From Squalus acanthias (Eukaryota): DNA of 64,000 bases. The stretch spans positions 6,202,001-6,266,000 of the forward strand of contig JASTWF010000033.1 of NCBI GenBank assembly GCA_030390025.1, given 5' to 3'. A program made the position numbers and the translations under genes. Below are positions 11,005 to 23,924 of the stretch, in pieces; the first letter of the stretch is position 1; each line of letters begins with the position of its first letter. The notes beneath the pieces are model-generated. The model did no database searches. It saw only the letters and a program-made list of their open reading frames with translations, and was not told the DNA's origin.

Positions 11005-14000
11005 ACATAAGAAGTAGGAGCAGGAGTAGGCCATATGGCCCCTCGGGCCTGCTCCGCCATTCAATAGGATCATGGCTGATCCGAACCTAGACTCACGTCC
11101 ACTCCCCATAACCCTTAATTCCCTTATCAGCTGGGAAACTGTCCATCTCTGTTTTAAATTTATTTAATGTCGCAGCTTCCACAGCTCTCTGAGGTAGCAA
11201 ATTCTACCCTCCGAGTGAAGAAGTTTCTCCTCATCTCAGTTTTGAAACGGCAGCCCCTTATTCTAAGATTATGCCCCTTAGTTCTAGTCTCACCCATCAG
11301 TGGAAACATCCTCCCGCCTTAACCCGATCAAGCCCTCTCACAATCTTATATGTTTCGATAAGATCGCCTCTCATTCTTCTGAATTCCAATGAGTAGTGGC
11401 CCAACCTACTCAAGCTTTCCTCATAAGTCAACCCCCTCATCTCCGGAATCAACCGAGTGAACCTTCTCTGAACTGCCTCTAGAGCAAGTATATCTTTTCT
11501 TGAATATGGAAACCAAAACTGTACGCAGTATTCAAGGTATGGCCGCACCACTAACTTGTATAACTGAAGCAAGACTTCCCTGCTTTTATACTCCATCCCC
11601 CTTGCAATAAAAGCCAAGATTCCATTGGCCTTCCTGATCACCTGCTGTACCTGCATACTAACCTTCTGTGTTTCATGCACCAGGACCCCCAGATCCCTTT
11701 GTACTGCAGCACTTTGCATTTTCTTTCCATTTAGATAATAACTTGCTCTTTGATTTTTTCTGCCAAAGTGCATAACCTCACACTTTCAAACATTATATTC
11801 CATCTGCCAAATTTCCGCCCACTCACTTAGCCTGTTCATGTCCTTTTGCAGGTTTTTTATGTCCTCCTCACTCACTGCTTTTCCTCCCTTCTTTGTATCG
11901 TCAGCAAACTTGGATACGTTGCACTTGGTCCCCTCCTCCAAATCGTTAATATAGATTGTAAAGAGTTGGGGTCCCAGCACTGACCCCTGTGGAACACCAC
12001 TAGTTACTGATTGCCAACCCGAGAATGAACCATTTATCCCAACTCTCTGTTTTCTGTTAGATAGCCAATCTTCCACCCATGCCAGTATAATACCCCCAAT
12101 CCCGTGATTTTTTATCTTGTGCAGTAATATTTTGTGTGGCACCTATTGGAAGTCCAAATACACCACGTCCACTGGTTCTCCTTTATCCACCCTGTTTGTT
12201 ACGTCCTCAAAGAATTCAAGCAAATTTGTCAAGCATGATTTCCCCTCCATAAAACCACGCTGACTCTGTCCGATTAAATTATGCTTATCCAAATGTCCTG
12301 TTACTGCTTCCTTAATAATGGACTCCAACATTTTACCGACCACAGATGTTAGGCTAACTGGTCTATACTTTCCAGCCTTTTGTCTACCTCCCTTTTTAAA
12401 TAAGGGCGTTACATTAGCAGTTTTCCAATCTGCTGGGACCGTTCCCGAATCCAGGGAGTTTTGGAAAATTTCCACCAATGCATCCGCAATCCCTACCGCT
12501 GCTTCTCTCAACACCCTAGGATGTAAGCCATCAGGTCCAGGGGATTTATCCGCCTTAAGTCCCATTATCTTACCGAGTACCATCTCCTTAGTGATTTTAA
12601 TCGTGTTTAGCTCCTCCCCCTATAGCCCCCCGTTTGTCCAGTGTTGGGATATTTTTAGTATCCTCTGCTGTAAAGACTGATACAAAATATTTGTTCAGCG
12701 TATTTGCCATCTCCGTGTTCCCCACTACTAATTTCCCGGTCTCGTCCTCTAAAGGACCAACATTAACTTTAGCCACCCTTTTTCTTTTTATATAACTGTA
12801 GAAACTCTTGCTATTTTTTTTCATAGTTTTTGCTAGTTTACTTTCATAATCTATCTTCCCCTTCTTAATTAATCTTTTAGTTATTCTTTGCTGGCTTTTA
12901 AATGCTTCCCAATATTCTATCCTCCCACTAGATTTGGCTACTTTATATGCCCTTGTTTTCAGTCGGATACTATCCTTTATAACTTTACTTAGTCTTTTCT
13001 TTTACGCCCCTTTTTCCTCAGTGGAATATATTTTTCTTGAAAGTTGTGAAATACCTCCTTGAATGTACGCAACTGCTCCTTTACCGTCTTACACCTTAAT
13101 CTATTTTCCCAGTCCACTTTAGTCAACTCTGCTCTCATACCTTCATAGTCTCCTTTATTTAAGCTTAGTACGCTGGTTTGAGATCCAACTCTCTCACCCT
13201 CCAACTGAATTTGGAATTCAACCATGTTATGTTCACTCATTCCAAGGGGATCCTTTACTAAGACATTTTTTATTAATCCTGTCTCATTACACAGGACAAG
13301 ATCTAAGATTGCCTGCCCCCTGGTTGGCTCAGTAACATACTGCTCAAGGAACCCGTCCCTAATGCACTCTATGAACTCTTCCTCAAGGCTGCCCTGCCCA
13401 ATTATATTTATCCAGTAAATATGAAAGTTAAAATCTCCCATGATTATAGCTGTTCCCTTATTACAAGCCCCAAATACTTCCTGATTTATACACCGACCAA
13501 TAGAGTTACAACTGTTAGGAGGCCTATAGACTTCGCCCACTAGTGACTTTTTCCCCTTATTATTCCTTATCTCCACCCAAACTGTTTCACTATCCTGATC
13601 CTTTGAACCAATATCATTTCTCACTATTGCAGTGATTCCATCCTTTATTAACATAGCCACCCCACCTCCCTTTCCTTCCTGTCTGTCCTTCCTAATAGTC
13701 AAATACCCCTGGATGTTTAGTTCTCAGTCATGGTCACCTCGCAGCCATGTTTCTGTAATGGCCACCAGATCATACCCATGTGTAGTTATTTGTACCGTCA
13801 ACTCGTCTATTTTGTTACAAATGCTGCGTGCATTCAGATAAAGAACTTTTAAACATGTTTTGTGACAATTTATTCCTGCTTTTACCCACTTTACTACATC
13901 ACCTTTATCTTTATATATTCTGTCCCTTCCTGACACGCTCTGGTTTTTAATTTCCCCACTGCTAATTTGCTCTATTGCCTTCTCCGCTGACATTATTATT

Positions 14001-14963
14001 CTTCGCTCTCTTGAAACCTCCCCCCCACTAATTAGTTTAAAGCCCTCTCTACAGCCCTAGTTATTCGATTCGCCATGATTCTAGTCCCAGCACTGGCCAA
14101 GTTAAGTCCGTCCCAACGGAACAGCTCTCTCCCGTCCCAGTACTGGTGCCAGTGTCCCAAGAAGCAAAACCCATTTCTCCCACACCAGTCTTTGAGCCAC
14201 GCATTTAACTCTCTAATTATATTTACCCTAGCCAAATTTGCTCGTGGCTCAGGTAGTAATCCAAAAATTATTACCCTTTTGGTTCTGCTTTTTAATTTGG
14301 CTCCTAGCTGCTCATACTCTCTCAGCAGAACCTCTTTCCTTGTCCTATCTATGTCGTTGGTACCAACATGGACCACGACAACTGGATCCTTCCCCTCCCA
14401 CTCCAAGTTTCGCTCCATCCCAGAGGAGATATCCTTAACCCTGGCATCGGGCAGGCAACACAACCTTCGGGACTCTCGTTCTCGGCTGCAAAGAACCCTA
14501 TATATCCCCCTTATGATACTAACCCCCACCACTACAACATTTCTTTTTACTCCCCCCACTTGAATGGCCCCCCGTTCCACGGTGCTGTAGTCAGGTTGCT
14601 CATCCTCCCTGCAGTCACTGCTCCCGTCCTCACAGGGAGTTAGTATCTCGAACCAGTTGGACAAGAGCAAGGGCTGCGGCTCCTCCAACACGACCTCCTG
14701 GATCCCCGTACCTGCCTCACTCATAGTCACACCCTCCTGTCCCTGACCACGGACTACATCTGAATTAGTTAATCTAATTGTTGTGACTACTTCCTGGAAC
14801 ACAGAGTCCAGGTAACTCTCCCCCTCCCTGATGTGTCGCAGTGTTTGAAGCTCGGACTCCAGCTCATCAACACGGAGCCGGAGTTCCTCGAGCAGCCAAA
14901 ACTTACTGCAAATGTGATCACCGTGAGCATCAATGGTGTCCATCAGCTCCCACATATTGCAGT
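11005..14963 (-). mobile_element. Near full-length CR1 LINE (most of ORF1, all of ORF2, 3' tail) nested in the family A LINE
   Basis: ORF1 esterase (CLPDARVKD, VHVGTND, WDGLNL); EN (LNARSICNK, GDFN); RT (QGSVLGP, FADD); CR1 tail at about 11005-11080. Host reads ...CCAGTTATGAA | TGGTGGTCGAAC... across the insert. Confidence 0.9.
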
Positions 14964-15808
14964 ATGGTGGTCGAACATTAAACAACTTACGGGAGGAGGA
15001 GGCACCATGAATATTCCCATCCTCAATGATGGTGGAGTCCAGCACGTGAGTGCAAAAGACAAGGCTGAAGCGTTTGCAACCATCTTTAGCAAGAAGTGCC
15101 GAGTGGATGATGCATATCGGCCTCCTCCTGACGTCCCCACAATCACAGAAGCCAGTCTTCAGCCCATTCGATTCATTCCATGAGATATCAAGAAACGGCT
15201 GAGCGCACTGGATACAGCAAAGGCTATGGGCCCCGACAACATCCCGGCTATCGTGCTGAAGGCTTGTACTCCAGAACTAGCCGCGCCTCTAGCCAAGCTG
15301 TTCCAATACAGCTAAAACACTGGCATCTATCCGACAATGTGGAAAACTGTCCAGGTATGTCCTGTCCACAAAAAGCAGGAAAAATCCAATCCGGACAATT
15401 ACCGCCTCATCAGTGTACTCTCAATCATCAGCAAAGTGATGGAAGGTGTCATCATACCTAGCACAACGGAAGATGGTTGTGATGGTTGAAGGTCAATCAT
15501 CACAACTCCAGAGCATCGTGGCTGGAATTCCTCAGGGCAGTGTCCTAGGCTCAATCATCTTCAGCTGCTTCATCAATAACCTTCCCTCCAACATAAGTTC
15601 AGGAATGGGGATGTTTTCTGATGATTCCACAGTGTGCAGTGACATTCACAACTCCTCAGATAATGAAGCAGTCCATGCCCACAAGCAACAAGACCTGGAC
15701 GACGTGGAGGATTGGGCTGATAAGTGGCAGGTAACATTTGCACCACAGAAGTGCCAGGCAATGACTATCTCCAACAAGCGAGAGTCTAACCAGCACCCCT
15801 TGACATTC
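14964..15808 (+). mobile_element. Family A LINE continuation (linker and RT, with an internal deletion near 15448)
   Basis: KAEAFATIFS, KAMGPDNIP and YRLISVLS, then a jump to GIPQGSVLG...FSDD; colinear with about 210-560 of the window. Confidence 0.8.
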
Positions 15809-18080
15809 ATACGAGCTTACGAATTAGGAGCAGGAGTTGGCCACTCGGCCCTTCGAGCCTGCTCCGCCATTCAATAAGATCATGGCTGATCTGATAACTC
15901 CACATTCTTGCCTAACCCCGATATCTTTTCACCCATTGCTTATCAAGAATCTATCTACCTCTGCCTTAAAAATATTTAAAAACTCTGCTCCCACCGCCCT
16001 CTGAGGAAGAGAGTTCCAAAGACTCACGACCCTCTGTGAGAAAAAAAATTGTCCTCATCTCTGTCTTAAATGGGAGACGCCTTATTTTTAAACAGTGACT
16101 CTTAGTTCTATATTCTCCCAAAGAGGAAACATCCTCTCCACATCCACCCTTTCTAGACCCCTCAGGATCTTATATGTTTCAATCAAGTCACCTCTTACTC
16201 TTCTAAACTCCAGCGGATACAAGCCCAGCCTGTCCAACCCTTCCTCATAAGACAACCCGCCCATTCCAGGTATTAGTCTAGCAAACCTTCTCTGAACTCC
16301 TTCCAACGCATTTACATCCTTCCTTAAATAAGGAGACCAATACTGTACACAGTACTCCAGATGTGGTCTCGCCAATGCCCTGTATAACTGAAGCATAACC
16401 TCCCTACTTTTGTATTCAAATCCCCTCGCAATAAACGATAACATTGTATTAGTTTTCCTAATTACTTGCTGTACCTGCATACTAAGCTTTTGCGATTCAT
16501 GCACTAGGACACCCAGATCCCTCTGCATCTCAGAGCTCTGCAATCTCTCACCATTTAGATAATATGTTTATTTTTTTTCTTCCTGCCAAAATGGACAACA
16601 TCACATTTTCTTACATTATACTCCGTTTGACAGATCTTTGCCCACTCACTTAACCTATCTATATCCCTTTGGAGCCTCCTTATGGCCTCTTCACAATTTA
16701 CTTTCCTACCTATCTTTGTGTCATCAGCAAATTTAGCAACCATACCTTAGGTCCCTTCATCCAAGTCATGTATATAAATTGTAAAAAGTTGAGGCCCCAG
16801 CACTGATCCCTGTGGCACACCAGTCGTTACATCTTGCCAATCAGAAAATGGCCCATTTATGCCTACTCTCTGTTTCCTGTTAGCTAGCCAATCTTCTATC
16901 CATGCCAATATGTTCCCTCCTACACATGAGCTTTTATTTTCCGCAATAACCTTTGATGTGGCATCTTATCAAATGCCTTCTGGAAATCTAAGTGCAGTAA
17001 ATCCACCGGTTCACCTTTAACCACAACACATGTTACTTCCTCTAAGAACTCCAATAAATTGGTTAAACATGATTTCCCTTTCATAAAACCATGTTGACTC
17101 TGCCTGATTACTTTGAAATTTTTGAACTGCCCTGCTGTAATGTCTTTAATAATAGCTTCTAACATCTTCCCTAGGGCCGTTGTTAAGCTAACTGGCCTGT
17201 AGTTTCCTGATTTCTGTCTCTCTCCCTTTTTGAATAAAGGAGTTACATTCGCTATTATCCAATCTAATGGAACCTTCCCCGAATCTAGGGAATTTTGGAA
17301 AATGAAAACAAGCGCATCAACTATCTCACTAGCCACTTATTTTAAGACCCTAGGATGAAGTTCATCAGGTCCCGGGGACTTGTCAGCCCGCAGCTCCAAC
17401 AATTTGCTCAGTACCACTTCCCTGATGATAATAATTTTCCTGAGTTCCTCCCTCCCTTCCATTTCCTGATTTACAGCTGTTTCTGGAATGTTACTTGTAT
17501 CCTCTATAGTGAAGACCGATGCAAAATACCTGTTCAATTCAACTGCCGTCTCCTTATTTTCCATTATTAATTCTCCAGACTCTCTTTTTCTCGGACCAAT
17601 GCTCACTTTGTTAAAATTTTTCTTTTTAAATATCTATAGAAACACTTACTATCTGTTTTTATATTTCTAGCTAGCTTTCTCTCGTACTCTAATTTTTCTC
17701 CTCTTATTAATCTTTTAGTCATTCTTTGCTGTTTTTTATATTCTGTCCAATCTTCTGACCTGCCACCCATCTTTGCGCAATTATATGGTTTAACTTTAAG
17801 TTTAATACCTTTAACTTTTTTAGTTAACCACGGATGGTGGGTACTCCCCTTGGAATTTTTCTTTCTTGTTGGAATGTATATATTATGTGTATTTTGAAAT
17901 ATCCCCTTAAATGTCTGCCACTGCAACTCTATTGACCTATCCCTTAACCTAATTTGCCAGTTCACTTTAGCTAGCTCTGCTTTCATGAGCTCATAATTGC
18001 CTTAATTTAAGTTTAAAATACTAATCTTGGACCCACACTTCTCTCTCTCAAACTGAATGTAAAATTCAATCATATTATGA
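15809..18080 (-). mobile_element. 5'-truncated CR1 LINE (end of EN, RT, 3' tail)
   Basis: ORFs 17603-17986, 17337-17606, 16920-17336, 16555-16743 (FADD) and 16088-16543; CR1 tail at about 15810-15890. Confidence 0.9.
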
Positions 18081-20866
18081 GAGAGACGGGGAGAGAGACA
18101 GATAGTGGGGAGAGAGGCAGACTGGAAGAGAGAGAGACAGGGAGTGAGACTGGGTGGAGAGACAGTGAGTAGAGGAAACAGCGACTGGGAAGAGAGAGAG
18201 AGACTGGGGTGAAAGAGAAAGAGAGACTGGGGAGAGAGACAGAGATTACAGGAGAGATAGAGACTGGGGAGAGAGAGAAAGAGACTGGGCAGAGAGAGAG
18301 AGAGACTGGGGAGAAAGAGTGGGAAGAGAGAGAAAGACTGGGAGAGAGAGAGTGGGTGAAGAGGGAGAGAGAGACTGGAGAAAGAGAAAGAGAGACTGGG
18401 GAGAGAGAGAGACTGGGGAGAGAGAGACGGGGCGAGAGAGAATGGGAGACAGAGACTGGGGGAGAGAGAGACTGGGAGAGAGAGATGGGGGAGAGAGAGA
18501 GGGGAGAGAGAGAGAACAGGGAGAGAGATTGGGAAAGAGAGAGACTAGGAGAGAGAGAGGGGGATAGAGAGAGACGGGGAGAGAGAGACTAGGAGAGAGA
18601 GAGGGGGAGAGAGAGAGAGACTGGGGAGAGAGATGGGGGAGAGAGAGAGGGGAGAGAGAGAGAACAGGGAGAGAGATTGGGAAAGAGAGAGACTAGGAGA
18701 GAGAGAGGGGGATAGAGAGAGACGGGGAGAGAGAGACTAGGAGAGAGAGGGGGAGAGAGTGAGAGACTGGGGAGAGAGGGAGACTGGGGGTGAGAGAGAT
18801 AGAGGGGTGAGAAAGAGAATGGTGAGAGAGAGAGACGTGGAGAGTGAAATAGAGAGAGAGAGAGACTCGTGAGAGAGAGATTCTGGGGAGCGAGAGAGAG
18901 ACTGGAAGAGAGAGAGAGACTGGGAAGCGAGAGAGAGACTGGAAGAGACAGAGAGAGACTGGGGAGCGAGAGAGAGACTGGAAGAGAGAGATAGACTGGG
19001 GAGCGAGAGAGAGACTGGAAGAGAGAGACTGGGGAGCGAGAGAGAGACTGGAAAAGAGAGAGGGGGAGAGAGAGAGACTGGAAGAGAGAGAGAGAGACTG
19101 GGGAGCGAGAGAAAGACTGGAATAGAGAGAGGGGGAGAGAGAGAGAGACTGGGGAGAGATAGACGGGGAGAGACGGAGGGGGAGAGATAGAGAGTGGGGG
19201 AGAGAGATAGCCGAAGAGAGAGAAAGAGAGAGAGAGAGACTAGAGAGAGAGGAACTGGGGAGCGAGAGAGATTGGGGTGAGAGAGAGACTGGTTGTGAGA
19301 GAGAGACTGGGAGAAATGAGTGGGGAGGGAGAGACAGGGAGAGAGAGAGACACTGGGGAGCGGGAGCGAGAGCGAGAGCTGGGGAGAACAGAGAGTGGGG
19401 AGAGAGAGACACTGGGACGCGAGAGAGACTGGGGTGAGATAGAGACTGGGGGAGAGAAAGAGATTGGGGTGAGAGAGAGAGGGAAGAGAGAGAGAGAGAG
19501 ACTAGGGTGAGAGAGACGGGGAGGGGGAGATGGACGGGGAGAGAGAGAGACTGGGGAGAGATAGACTGTGGAGAGAGAGATGGGAAGAGGGAGAGAGAGG
19601 GGGAGAGACAGAGGTTGGGGAGAGAGAGACAGAGAGAGAGAAAGAGAGAGAGAATAGGGAGTGAGAAAGACTGGGGAGCGAGTGAGACTGGGGTGATAGA
19701 GAGACTGGGGATGAGAGAGAGACTGGGGAGAGAGAGAGTGGGAGAGGGAGAGAGACTGGGGAGCGAGAGAGAGAGAGACGGGGAGAGACAGAGACGGGGA
19801 GAGAGACTGGGCGGTTAGAGAAAGGGGGGAGAGAGAGTGGGGGAGAGAGCGAGTGGGGAGAGAGAGTGGGGAGAGAGAGAGAGACTGGGGAAGTTAGAGA
19901 GAGTCTTGTGAGAGAGAGAATCTGGGGAGAGACAGAGAGACGGGTGGAGATGGAGAGAGACAGAGAGAGACAGGGGAGAGAGTGAGAGAGACTGGGGAGA
20001 GAGAGAGAGACTGGGGAGAGAAAGAGAGATATTGGGAGAGAGAAAGAGAGATTAGGGGAGAGTGAGAGACAAGGGAGGGAGAGACTTGGGGTGTGAGAGA
20101 GACTGGGGAAAGAAGGAGAGACTTGGGGAGAGAGAGAGACTAGGGAGAGAGAGACTGGGAGAGGGTGAGAGTGTAGGAGGGAGAGGGAGACTGGGGAGAG
20201 AGAGATATTGGGGAGAGAGAGAGAGAGACAATGACAGAGGGAAGTCACGAGAGACAGAGACAGAGACAGAGTCGGAGGGTGAGAGAGAGAGAGACAGGGA
20301 CAGAGGGGGAGAAAGAGAGAGGAACAGACAGAGAGAGCGAGGGATAGAGGGAGATAGAGAGACAGAGAGAGAGAGATAGGGAGAGAGAGACGGAGACAGA
20401 GGGAGATAGAGAGAGAGAGACAGGGATAGAGGGAGAGAGAGAGAGACAGGGACAGAAGGAGAGAGAGAAACCGAGAGAGACAGAGACAGAGGGAGATTGA
20501 GAGAGAGACAGGGACAGAAGGAGAGAGAGAGACCGAGAGAGACAGGGACAGAGGGAGATTGAGAGAGAGAGACGGGGATAGAGGGAGATAGAGAGACAGG
20601 GACAGACGGAGAGAGAGATAGAGACAGAGAGAGAGAGAGAGAGAGGGATAGAGGGAGATTGAGAGAGAGACAGGGACAGAGGGAGATTGAGAGAGACAGG
20701 GATAGAGGGAGATTGAGAGAGACAGGGATAGAGGGAGATTGAGAGAGAGACAGGGACAGAGGGAGATTGAGAGAGAGACAGGGATAGAGGGAGATAGAGA
20801 GACAGGGACAGACGGAGAGAGAGATAGAGACAGATAGAGAGAGAGAGAGAGAGGGAAAGGGGGAGA

Positions 20867-20904
<38 letters not shown>

Positions 20905-21104
20905 CAGGGACAGAGGGAGATTGAGAGAGATACAGGGATAGAGGGAGATAGAGAGAGACAGGGACAGAGGGAGATTGAGAGAGAGACAGGGACAGAGGGA
21001 GATTGAGAGAGAGACAGGGATAGAGGGAGATAGAGAGACAGGGACAGACGGAGAGAGAGATAGAGACAGATAGAGAGAGAGAGAGAGAGAGGGAAAGGGG
21101 GAGA

Positions 21105-21138
<34 letters not shown>

Positions 21139-21460
21139 CAGGGACAGAGGGAGTTTGAGAGAGATACAGGGATAGAGGGAGATAGAGAGAGAGACAGGGA
21201 CAGAGGGAGAGTGAGAGAGAGACAGGGACAGAGGGAGATTCAGAGAGAGACAGGGATAGAGGGCGGGAGAGAGAGAGACAGCGAGGGAGATAGAGAGAGA
21301 GACAGGGACAGAGAGAGAGAGAGAGAGGGGGACCGAGGGAGAGAGAGCGAGAGAGAGACTGGGTTAGAGGGCGATTGAGAGAGAGAGACAGGGATAGAGG
21401 GCGATAGAGAGTGAAACAGAGGGAGGGACAGGGAGAGGGGCACACAGCGAGAGAGAGAGG
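18081..21460. repeat. ~3.4-kb polypurine GA-rich low-complexity tract
   Basis: GAGACTGGGGAGAGA-like units in the first ~2.1 kb, then GAGACAGGGA(C/T)AGAGGGAGAT(T/A) units. Confidence 0.95.
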
Positions 21461-22444
21461 GCTGAGGGTCCAGGATCATGTGTTCCACTCGCGGGGACTG
21501 AGCCGGGTCTCACAACAACACAGGTGGAGGTGCAGCACATGTACAAGGGCTGCTGGAAGGAGGATAAAGCAAACAAGTTTTAGGCCCTTCGTGAATTTTT
21601 TAAAAAATCGGTAAATTACTTAAATCCGCAAAAAATACGGGAAAGTGATGTTGAATGTCCCGCAGTAAGTTCCAGTTAAATTTTGCCAGATATTGTCCCC
21701 TTTTTGAAAGCGTTTATTAGGGTTATTTTATAATGTTATTGGGAGAGGGGAAAAAGATTGTGCCCCCGTTTGTACCTCCGAGTCTGTGAGAGACGGAGGG
21801 AACGGCAGCAGAAATAATGGAAACACATTCTCCAGAACTGATCCCAGCTCATCGCCAAGACTGGGGATAGAAAACCTCACCATCTTCATTGGAAGTTTAA
21901 TCACTTTATTCACTTTCTGATTTGAGCTCCGTTTGGAGTTAGAGTTTACTTTATTTTATCGTTGCATGTTTAGCGACAGCATTGAAGAGGGAAAGAGAAA
22001 CTTGGAGCAACTTCTTCTGTCAAAGCTGCAATGAGACTAGAAAGAATTTAAAGATTTTTAATTAACTGTTTACAAAAAATTAACGTTAAAAACTCTTTTT
22101 TCACCCGAATTTTCTGGTATGATTTTGGGAGAAACAAGGATAAATCAATGTTACCTTCGTCTAAACAAGTTTCAAGTGGGTCTTGAAGTCCGAACGCTTT
22201 TAAGGAGGCTCTGAAACGCTTAAAACTTTTTATAATTGAAATTTCTCAATATTTGATTTTGAACGATCGACTGAAGTGAGTAGCTTCACACAAACATGCA
22301 ACCATGCTGTTCAGGAGGGGAAGGCAGGGATGGATTTGGAGGAGTTACATATACTTTTTATTGACATTTTAAAAATATCATTAAGACGTTTAGAAAGAGA
22401 ACCAAAAAAGGAGAAAAACACAAACCATTTTATTTTATATAATA

Positions 22445-22848
22445 TAAAAACAGAAAATGCTGGAAATACTCAGCAGGTCAGTCAGCATCTGTGGAGAGAG
22501 AAACAGAGTTAACGTTTCAGGTCTGTGACCTTTCGTCAGAACTGGACAATGTTAGAGTTGTGACAGATTTTAACCAGGTGCAGAGGCAGGGTAAGGCGGG
22601 AGGGGAGGAAGGAACACAAGGGATGGTCTGTGATATGGTGGAAGGCAGGAGTGGTTAAACCCGCCCTCTGCACCTGGTTAAAATCTGTTACATCTGTAAC
22701 TTTTTCCAGTTCGGACGAAAGGTCACAGACCTGAAACATTAACTTTGTTTCTCTCTCGCTCTCCACAGATGCTGCCTGACCTGCTGAGTATTTCCAGCAT
22801 TTTCTGTTTATATTTCAGATTCCAGCATCCGCTGTATTTTGCTATTGT
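22445..22848. mobile_element. Penelope-derived fold-back element (same family as 6032-6278) with ~140-bp inverted arms
   Basis: AAACAGAAAATGCTGGAAATACTCAGCAGGTCAG...TTAACCAGGTGCAGAGG is mirrored by CCTCTGCACCTGGTTAA...CTGACCTGCTGAGTATTTCCAGCATTTTCTGTTT; each arm carries a hammerhead motif. Confidence 0.8.
22507..22543 (-). ncRNA. Minimal type I hammerhead ribozyme motif with intact core
   Basis: Minus strand reads AGUU-CUGACGA-A-AGGUC(ACA)GACCU-GAA-ACGU-U-AACU: stem I AGUU/AACU, 5-bp stem II, palindromic ACGU stem III. Confidence 0.75.
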
Positions 22849-23924
22849 GAACGATTTCATTGTGTCTGTCGTTCTATAGTCTGAACAAGTCCCAGGAATA
22901 ATGTAAATAATGTAAATATAGATTTCCTGTTAAATGTTTAGTGGAGTGTTAATAGAAACAAGAACTCTGTACTGATGTATGAAAAATGCAAGAAGCTACT
23001 TTAGAAGAAACCATTATTTGTTTATTGAGAAAGACACAAAAAATACTTTGATTAAACTGATAATGTACAATTTCTATTTGGTATAAATGTTTGAATTAGG
23101 AGATTGAAAACTGAGAGCAAAATGAAGTTTGTTTCCTGCAATTTAATTGGGAAGTACCTAAAATAATTCAACACTTTTCGTGACAAGAGCAGGGATTAAT
23201 ATTGTGGAGCATGCTTGAGAGAATAAACATTGGAAGCGAAATTTGTAAATTAACATCTTTACGTTAACATATTAGTAAACATTCCAAGTCAGTCTGATTG
23301 ATTCTCTTGTCCAGGAAGAATGATGAATATTTATTTGTGCTAAATCGTAGTTTTTCCTGCTAAATGATTTAATTCAGTGACGGAAATTGTGTGTGTGTTT
23401 TTCTGCACTTGTGAATAAGTGCTGCATTTCTGACATGTTACATGGAGGGTGTGCTGGTTCAACAAGACCACGGTTATTAATGGAAGTGATTGAAGTTGGA
23501 AATACGGATACCCATTTTTTGTTCAATTCTTTTTAATACTGTGAACTAAAGAAATATATTTGTTGGTTGTCTAGTTGCATTGTGATTAATATTCTGATTA
23601 CATATCTGGACCCACAGCACGTCAGCGCCATAGGATAGCCGCTGCTCCTGCTGCTTGTGCAGCCATTGCTATAGTGACATGAGGGATTTGCTAATACGTT
23701 GAAAACCTTAAAATTAATACAAATTGCACGAATAGATCTGCCTCATTCAGCGTACCTTGGGCTTTTGGATTATTTGTCGATGTGTAACTGAGTGACGTTT
23801 CTGAACAGTTAATTTATTATTCTGCAGATATTTTATATCCCAGTCATTTCTGACAAGGATTTATTTAAATAGAGTTTGTACATGACGAACTAAAAGCTTT
23901 TAATTAATCCTACCATAAACAAAC

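Noticed and set aside
14032..15045. 337-aa ORF as an intact gene
   Set aside because: Chimeric: the first ~27 codons are antisense family A LINE and the rest is truncated CR1 ORF1.
18209..21488. Long ORFs (647 aa Ser/Leu-rich; Glu/Arg-rich)
   Set aside because: Translations of the GA/TC low-complexity tract with no domain content.
23560..23830. Possible isolated exon or regulatory island in AT-rich unique DNA
   Set aside because: No convincing ORF, splice-site pair or recognisable motif.
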